DNA of 14,077 nt from Candidatus Helarchaeota archaeon. Lineage in GTDB: Archaea; Asgardarchaeota; Lokiarchaeia; Helarchaeales; RDOG01. Below, piece by piece: positions 8,414 through 14,077 of the stretch. The notes below the pieces were generated by a model, which was not told where the DNA came from, ran no database searches, and saw only the letters and a list, made by a program, of their open reading frames with translations. The stretch lies in the NCBI GenBank assembly GCA_029838215.1, contig JALGVI010000085.1:1-14077 (forward strand), written 5' to 3'. The position numbers and the translations under genes are program-made. Positions within the stretch are counted from its first letter, which is position 1. The number at the start of each line of letters is the position of its first letter.

Positions 8414-8626
8414 CTTCCGATTTTAAATATGCCAATTACCGATCCGTTGCATCTCATTGATTCTAAATGATAAACACACGATTTCTAGTTTTTTACTGAA
8501 AAACCTAAAAAAAATTGTGATTTTTATGTTTTTGATAATGATTATGCTATCTCTGTTTTCGCGAATTTTTTGGTGAAAGGAATATTAGATTTTCAAAGGT
8601 AAATAAACTTCATCAAAGGAAATCAA

Positions 8627-8666
8627 CTATTGATGGAGGAATCATGAAAAAATCTCCATCCAATAG
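8627..8666 (+). promoter_or_regulatory. 12-bp stem-loop covering a GGAGG SD and a uORF start, upstream of the wHTH gene
   Basis: CTATTGATGGAG (8627-8638) pairs with CTCCAT-c-CAATAG (8654-8666). The loop contains ATG 8644. An A10 run follows. Confidence 0.45.
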
Positions 8667-8699
8667 AAAAAAAAAAGAATAAAAAGGTGTAATGTGTAA

Positions 8700-8924
8700 A
8701 TGGAAAAATTTGGAGTAGCGAAAAAATTAACACCTTCTGCAACAGAGATTTATGAATTATTGAAGAAGGGACCATCAACTTCAAAGCATCTACTGAAGCA
8801 GACATCATTTGCTCCGCGGACATTGCGGTATGCACTAAAAAGACTTTTAAGCCTGAAAATGATAAAAAAATATCCGAATTTTTCGGATTTGCGGCAATCG
8901 TATTACGTCGCAGTTGATACCTAA
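8700..8924 (+). CDS. Small winged-HTH DNA-binding protein (Lrs14/MarR-like)
   Basis: LTPSATEIYELLKKGPST...RTLRYALKRLL...PNFSDLRQSYY matches small archaeal wHTH proteins. 26 of 59 ungapped positions are identical to 7061..7276 (manual count). Confidence 0.88.
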   Translation: MEKFGVAKKLTPSATEIYELLKKGPSTSKHLLKQTSFAPRTLRYALKRLLSLKMIKKYPNFSDLRQSYYVAVDT

Positions 8925-9016
8925 TTTTCATTTTCTTTTCTTTTGTACCAACTGATATTTTTTTCTAAGATTATTGCTTTTTGATCAAACGAATTTAGAT
9001 TAAAAATTAAAAACGA

Positions 9017-9454
9017 TTATTTTTTAGGCTCTCCGTGGATGAGTGTATTGATGAAATCAAATCCTTTTGTGAGCATGAGGAAGTTCGTGGCATTCATTCG
9101 GGAGAAGGTTTTTCCTTTTTCTTCCGCAAATTTCAAAATATTCGTGAGAATTGGCTTGATTATGAGATCAAAGTGAGAATATAATCCTTGGGCCCTTCCC
9201 ATGTTAAGGAGACGATCATTTTCTTCGTTAGAAGCAGAACTCATCAAATAATAAAACCAAGTCAATGCATAGATTGTCTTAGAAGTCTCTAAGACGGCTT
9301 CAAAATTACGTTCTGAAAGTCCCCATTTAATTTCGCTTTCTAAAGATTCACCTGCCTTGGCGATGATTCCTGAAAACTTTTTTAAACTGGTTTCCATTCC
9401 TTCTTTTTTCAAATTTTTCACGATTTCATTTATTTGTTCAAGAATTTCCATCAT
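9017..9454 (-). CDS. Hypothetical all-helical protein, 145 aa
   Basis: Open frame with a strong SD (AGGAGG) inside the upstream gene's tail; 17-nt overlap with that gene. No motif recognised. Confidence 0.72.
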   Translation of the reverse strand: MMEILEQINEIVKNLKKEGMETSLKKFSGIIAKAGESLESEIKWGLSERNFEAVLETSKTIYALTWFYYLMSSASNEENDRLLNMGRAQGLYSHFDLIIKPILTNILKFAEEKGKTFSRMNATNFLMLTKGFDFINTLIHGEPKK

Positions 9455-10856
9455 CTTTCCTCCTATTTTTGGTCTCGTCTAATTTGATTTTTGCGATGAA
9501 GAATCCTTCGGAATTACTTACATGTGGATAAATTCGCCTTGTTCGACTGAGTGGATATAATCCGGGAGTGCCATGAGGAACATCAAAAGAAACCAACCTA
9601 AAATTTGGATGAAGTTTCAAAAATCTTCCAATAATTTGTTCGTTTTCTTCGTATAGAATAGAACACGTTGAATAAACGATGATCCCTCCGGTTTTTATGA
9701 GTCGTGCTGCTTCAGAGAGCAAGGTGAATTGGATGGATGAAAAAAGGTAAAAATCTCTTGGTTTGAATTTCCATTTTATTGTTGGACGGGAGTGAATTGT
9801 CCCTGTTCCGGTACATGGTGCGTCCACCAATACCTTGTCAGCCTTTAACTGAAGTGTATTTGTTATATAACGGGAGTCGAATCTAACTATTTCCACGTTT
9901 GTGGCACCCATTTTTTTAACGTTTGAGTGAAGTTCCTTAACACGCCTCAAAGATCTTTCGAAAGCGAAAATCCTGCCGGAGTTCTGCATCATCTGTGCCA
10001 TGTGCGTGGTTTTTCCGCCAGGTGCGGCACATAAATCAAGCACGATCTCGTGAGGACGTGGATCGAGCACGTATGGAACGGACATCGATGATTTTGACTG
10101 AATGTAGAAATAACCTTGCCTGTGAAACTTACTCCATGTTATGGGTTTACTTGATTTTTCGATGATTAGTAGATCGGGAACTTGTTGGTCTTCACGGACA
10201 ATATATTGTTCTTCGGTTAAGAGTTGGATTAAATCGTCCTTGTTTATCTTGAGTGTATTAACTCGAATACTCGTAATGGGAATTTCATTCCCTTTCTTCA
10301 AAAAAGCAATGATTTCTTCTTGATTATTGAATAAATAAGTCAAATACTTGATGTACCATGTGGGGTATTGATATTTCAAGCTTAATCGCTCGAATAATGA
10401 TAAATCCCCAAAAATCTCTTGGTCTGAAGTTTTTTCCACCTTGCGGAGCAATGCATTGATAAATTTCGCCTTTTTATTAGATGATCCAAAGATATCGTGT
10501 GCAACGTTGTTTAATTCATTTGTGACTAACGCGGCGGATTTTTCCACGAATTTTATTTCATAAACGCCGAGTCGCAGAAGGTTTTTTAGGAAACTGTCAA
10601 GCTTCTTGAAACTGGATTTGGTTCGAAGAGAATTAAAGATGTATTTATCTAATACGTTCAATCGGCGTATTGTTTCGAATACTAAAGCGTGTACTGCCCC
10701 ACGTATCTTCCAATCTGTAATTTTATGCTTTTTCATTATCTTTTTTACGGCTTCACGCTCAGAAACACCGCGCGTAAGAATTTCTTCAAGGATTTCTAAT
10801 GCTAAAAGTTCTCTACTTATGCCATTCACCACGATTTCGTCCTGAAATTCTTGCAC
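9438..10856 (-). CDS. rsmB: RsmB/Fmu (NOL1/NOP2/Sun) RNA m5C methyltransferase with a NusB-like N-terminal domain
   Basis: VLDLCAAPGGKT, VLVDAPCTGTG and IVYSTCS (both catalytic Cys present). N-terminal LLRLGVYEI / FINALLRKV NusB-like helices. Confidence 0.9.
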   Translation of the reverse strand: MQEFQDEIVVNGISRELLALEILEEILTRGVSEREAVKKIMKKHKITDWKIRGAVHALVFETIRRLNVLDKYIFNSLRTKSSFKKLDSFLKNLLRLGVYEIKFVEKSAALVTNELNNVAHDIFGSSNKKAKFINALLRKVEKTSDQEIFGDLSLFERLSLKYQYPTWYIKYLTYLFNNQEEIIAFLKKGNEIPITSIRVNTLKINKDDLIQLLTEEQYIVREDQQVPDLLIIEKSSKPITWSKFHRQGYFYIQSKSSMSVPYVLDPRPHEIVLDLCAAPGGKTTHMAQMMQNSGRIFAFERSLRRVKELHSNVKKMGATNVEIVRFDSRYITNTLQLKADKVLVDAPCTGTGTIHSRPTIKWKFKPRDFYLFSSIQFTLLSEAARLIKTGGIIVYSTCSILYEENEQIIGRFLKLHPNFRLVSFDVPHGTPGLYPLSRTRRIYPHVSNSEGFFIAKIKLDETKNRRKDDGNS

Positions 10857-10993
10857 TACTTACGTTCTTTTTCAATAAGCTATTAAACTAAAAATTGATC
10901 CCAAATTAAATTTACCATTAATATTAAAGACGATTTCACTTGATTTATTTATGTCCAATAATTTAAAAAACCGATAATGAGAAATGATACGTT

Positions 10994-11815
10994 ATGTCCC
11001 GAATCAAATCTCTGAGACAAGCATGCATCCTGTTAGTGCTTATCATTAACATGACTTTCCTGAGTTTTACACTCTTTCCTTCCTCGCAAGCCGCTACAAG
11101 TTGGGGGTCTCTTCTTCCATATCGATATGACACGATCTATAATATGAACGGTTTTATTGAAATGGATTGGGTTTTTATCGTTCCTGCTCAGAGTTCCACG
11201 GATTCTGTAATGATGACTTGGGGGACGAATGCATTCAATCCTTATTCGATCATTCAAACTGAATGGGAAAAAGTTTATGGAACGGGGAGCTGGTTAGCTC
11301 GTGCACGAGATTGGAGGAGCTCAGGAGTTCTTCAATATAATCTTACGGGTAACTTTGAATGGAACATTCCATATAATGTCAATAGATTTAATCTTTTAAT
11401 GATCCCTCTTTCTGGAGCGGATCTCTCAGTTGCTTCCCTTGCAGGACAGACATCTGTGAACATCTCGGGGACGACTTATGCAGTAATCGATGAAATTCTC
11501 AGCTTTAAATTATTCGTGAGTGTTGCAAATCCGCTTCCTGACATTTATTCTTTCCAAGAGATTCTTCAAATAGATAAGATGACAGGACTCGTAATTTATT
11601 CACAAACCACTTATGTCGGAAACGGTGCTTCAGGATGGGAATATACTTTCAAAATAGAAACATTCTTGACGCCATTGGTTCCCATCTTGATCGGAGTCGG
11701 GATATTTTGTGGAATTACTGCAGTAATTCTGATATTTTGTTATAAATATTGGTCTGGGATTAAAAATAAAGCAAAGAATCTCTTGAAGAGACGGTCAAGA
11801 GATATAAATGAATGA
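10994..11815 (+). CDS. Secreted, C-terminally membrane-anchored protein of unknown function
   Basis: Signal peptide ending SQA; C-terminal TM (LVPILIGVGIFCGITAVILIFC) plus basic tail; sequons NLT and NIS. Confidence 0.8.
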   Translation: MSRIKSLRQACILLVLIINMTFLSFTLFPSSQAATSWGSLLPYRYDTIYNMNGFIEMDWVFIVPAQSSTDSVMMTWGTNAFNPYSIIQTEWEKVYGTGSWLARARDWRSSGVLQYNLTGNFEWNIPYNVNRFNLLMIPLSGADLSVASLAGQTSVNISGTTYAVIDEILSFKLFVSVANPLPDIYSFQEILQIDKMTGLVIYSQTTYVGNGASGWEYTFKIETFLTPLVPILIGVGIFCGITAVILIFCYKYWSGIKNKAKNLLKRRSRDINE

Positions 11816-11849
11816 GGTTCGTTCTTAAAAGATGGAGAGGTGAAAGGTT

Positions 11850-13031
11850 ATTTTTCTTACAAAAGAGGAAGAAGGGTTTTTAAATGGACAGGACGGTGAA
11901 ATTCTCTCGAAATTAATGAAATTACTCGTTAAGCTAGGCGATTCTTTCGGTGCGGATCGGCTTATTGAGATATGTTCTGCCCATACCGTGTTGAATTTTG
12001 GCTTGAACATTGTTAACGCTGCCGCAAGCATTCTTAGAGATGTTGCGAATGCCGGGCTCAAGGTCAAAGTCAAGACAACAGCAGATCCCATAATAGATTT
12101 TGACCAAGCTGATAAATTAACCTACTTAAAAGGGTTGTATGGTCTTCAGGATCAACTCTTAAATGATTTAAGCAGGATTGGCGTTCGAGGATTTACGTGC
12201 ACGCCATATTTCTTGGATAATAGACCAAATTTTGGGTCGCATTGTGCATGGTCAGAATCTTCGGCAGTCATTTATTTAAATTCGGCGCTTGGCGCTCGTT
12301 CCAATCGAGAGGGGGGCGTTGTGGACATCGCAAGTGCTATTCTTGCAAAAACGCCAAATTACGGACTTCACGTAAAAGAGAATAGAAAGGGTCAAGTCCT
12401 TTTCAAGATTCCAAAGAAGAAATGGTCAATGTTCGACTTGACTTCCATTGGACTCTTCATGGGTGAGACTGCTGGTAGCAGAATTCCTGTGATTGAAGGA
12501 TTGAAAGGAATAACTAATGATGGCATTAAAAATCTCGGTGCGGCTTCTGCAGCAACTGGAGCGGTGGCACTCATTCACGTCATTGGTGCTACGCCTGAAG
12601 CAAAAACCAAACAGGAAGCATTTCAAAATGATGTTCCGGAGGAAACCATCGAGATCGACACGAATTCCCTGGATGAAGTTCGGAATAAATATTCGGCCAC
12701 GTGGAAGGAAAATCCCTTGTCGATTGCAATCGGATGTCCGCATCTTAGTAAAAATGAAGTCATTGACGTTTTGAACCGGCTCAAGGGCAAAAAAGTCTTA
12801 GCAGATAGAGATTTATGGATATGTTGCTGTGAGGAAGTTCGTAATTCTATCATTCATTCGAATCTGTATCAGATCGTGAAAGAATCAGGAGCGCATCTCG
12901 TTTCTTTTTGTCCCTTATTAACAGGGTTACCAAGACCATTCATCACGAATTCAGGAAAAACCTGCTTCTATAGCAGTGCAACATACGCGAAATTGGACGA
13001 GTGCATAAAAATGGCAACGGGGGAAAAATGA
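11850..13031 (+). CDS. Aconitase X catalytic (large, DUF521) subunit; probable ATT start
   Basis: FTCTPY, ESSAVIYLNSALGARSNREGG, GCPH and FCP Cys motifs. The family N-terminus (I)FLTKEEEGFLNGQDGE lies in frame upstream of the track's ATG 11916. Confidence 0.88.
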   Translation: MFLTKEEEGFLNGQDGEILSKLMKLLVKLGDSFGADRLIEICSAHTVLNFGLNIVNAAASILRDVANAGLKVKVKTTADPIIDFDQADKLTYLKGLYGLQDQLLNDLSRIGVRGFTCTPYFLDNRPNFGSHCAWSESSAVIYLNSALGARSNREGGVVDIASAILAKTPNYGLHVKENRKGQVLFKIPKKKWSMFDLTSIGLFMGETAGSRIPVIEGLKGITNDGIKNLGAASAATGAVALIHVIGATPEAKTKQEAFQNDVPEETIEIDTNSLDEVRNKYSATWKENPLSIAIGCPHLSKNEVIDVLNRLKGKKVLADRDLWICCCEEVRNSIIHSNLYQIVKESGAHLVSFCPLLTGLPRPFITNSGKTCFYSSATYAKLDECIKMATGEK

Positions 13032-13443
13032 TGGGAAAAAAATCGTAGAAGCCGAAGCAATTGTTACCAAGCAACCATTTAGCATTTCAGCTGCTTTTGT
13101 GTTTCCGTTAATTACTTCCAGTAGAAAGTGCAAGATCGCTGATAGAACTCACGAGCTTTTCATGGTGGACGTAAAAGACAAGATTTTAGTGTTCCCTATT
13201 GGAATAGGGACCACGACAATGGGTTTCGTTCTGCTCGAAACAATTGTCAGAAATATCGGTCCAAAAGCGATTGTGTGTTCAAAAGGTGAGCCATTAATGA
13301 GTTCGGGTGCTTTGTGTGCTGAGATTTTTTATAACAAGCAATTTCCCATCGTCGATCAAATTGATTTCAGCGAGCTCGAAAAAATTCAAACTGGAACAAT
13401 GATTAGAGTAAATGGCGATGAAGGAACCGTCACGCTTTTATAG
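13028..13443 (+). CDS. Aconitase X swivel (small, DUF126) subunit; 5' end frameshifted relative to the coupled ATG
   Basis: EAEAIVTKQPFS...HEL...KDKILVFP.G...PKAIV...G.MIRVNGDEGTV. Homology extends upstream of the track's GTG 13099. The ATGA overlap at 13028 is out of frame by one base at an A7 run. Confidence 0.78.
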
Positions 13444-13463
13444 ATTTAATATTGGTGAAGATA

Positions 13464-14077
13464 TTGAATTTAAAAGAATTTTTAGAACGGATTAAAAAGA
13501 GCTGTAATGCTGCTGCTGATAATATTGACTTTCTAAAGAACGTTAGGATCGGATACACGAGTCCATCAAAGCAACAAAAACTTCAAGTCAAGAGAATTCT
13601 CGTGACCATTGATTTAAGGAAGAAAACCATTTCTGAGGCGATCCAAAAGAAGGCAGACGTGATTTTAACCCTTATAATGTCAGACTTCTGGAAACAAAAC
13701 CTGACAGATGAAGTTTTGAACCTGATCCGTATTCTTCTTACGGAAAAAATAATGGTCATTCAAATCCCGGAATCTTGGCTTTTTTGTGCAGAAGGTGCCA
13801 TTGATAGTGTGGCGAGTGCTTTAGAATTAAGAATCGAATCATTCGTGAACAGGATGAACGAAGGAGCGGGTCGATTTTTGGGTCGGATCTGCACCCCAAA
13901 GCGGCACCCCTACACCTATCCTTTCTTATTTGATTTAATTAAAGATAAGCTCGGCATTGATCATTTTGCCTTGTCCGTACGAAATCGGTCGAATGCTATC
14001 GAGCGGATCTTATTGCAACTTACGGAGCCCATTCAAATGAAAACGATCTTGCAGGCAAAAGAACACGACGTTGATTT
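13464..14077 (+). CDS. NIF3/YbgI/DUF34-like protein with degenerate metal site; runs off the window end; absent from the ORF track
   Basis: Manual translation from TTG (SD GGTGA 5 nt upstream): MNLKEFLERIKK...VKRILVTIDLRKKTISEAIQKKADVILTLIM...; open for 204 codons to the window end. Confidence 0.75.
   Translation, partial: MNLKEFLERIKKSCNAAADNIDFLKNVRIGYTSPSKQQKLQVKRILVTIDLRKKTISEAIQKKADVILTLIMSDFWKQNLTDEVLNLIRILLTEKIMVIQIPESWLFCAEGAIDSVASALELRIESFVNRMNEGAGRFLGRICTPKRHPYTYPFLFDLIKDKLGIDHFALSVRNRSNAIERILLQLTEPIQMKTILQAKEHDVD

Noticed and set aside
8627-8676. Hairpin plus A10 as an intrinsic terminator
   Set aside because: The geometry is wrong on both strands: the hairpin is followed by A on the + strand and preceded by U on the - strand.
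6153-10845. Track ORFs 6153..6383, 8275..8457, 8623..8931, 10141..10323 and 10606..10845
   Set aside because: Shadow ORFs opposite real genes; 8623..8931 is Phe-rich simply from reading A-tracts in reverse.
11841-11843. Selenocysteine at the in-frame TGA of AcnX
   Set aside because: It would be residue 4 of a non-conserved, non-catalytic extension; the TGA is better explained as part of the GAGGTGA SD; no SECIS was identified.
11033-13133. Track ORFs 11033..11257, 11825..12091, 12392..12574, 12426..12743, 12517..12774, 12623..12853 and 12951..13133
   Set aside because: Antisense or out-of-frame overlaps of the surface protein and AcnX genes.
1-14077. CRISPR array, IS/transposase, integrase, tRNA or rRNA
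   Set aside because: No regularly spaced repeats, terminal inverted repeats, recombinase motifs or RNA-gene signatures were seen.

Overview
AT-rich archaeal chromosomal window, most likely Asgard. The evidence is an archaeal-type SAM synthetase, a split aconitase X, GGTGA/GAGGT Shine-Dalgarno sites, and Rab-like and RING-like eukaryotic-signature proteins; the taxon call is inference. I support about 17 CDSs: a Rab-like pseudo-GTPase and a RING-variant protein; an unlisted 47-aa ribbon-helix-helix gene; Lrp/AsnC; SAM synthetase convergent with a core (folate-independent type) methionine synthase and a small 2-TM gene; an M42 aminopeptidase; a cluster of three winged-HTH genes around a HExxH metallopeptidase; a hypothetical gene coupled to an RsmB-like m5C methyltransferase; a surface-anchored protein; both aconitase X subunits; and an unlisted, truncated NIF3/DUF34-like gene lacking its metal ligands. 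I found no rRNA, tRNA, CRISPR array or mobile element. The strongest leads are that neither AcnX subunit has a normal start (one apparently starts at ATT, the other needs a -1 shift at a GGGAAAAAAA run), the wHTH/peptidase/wHTH module, and the pseudo-Rab + RING pair.
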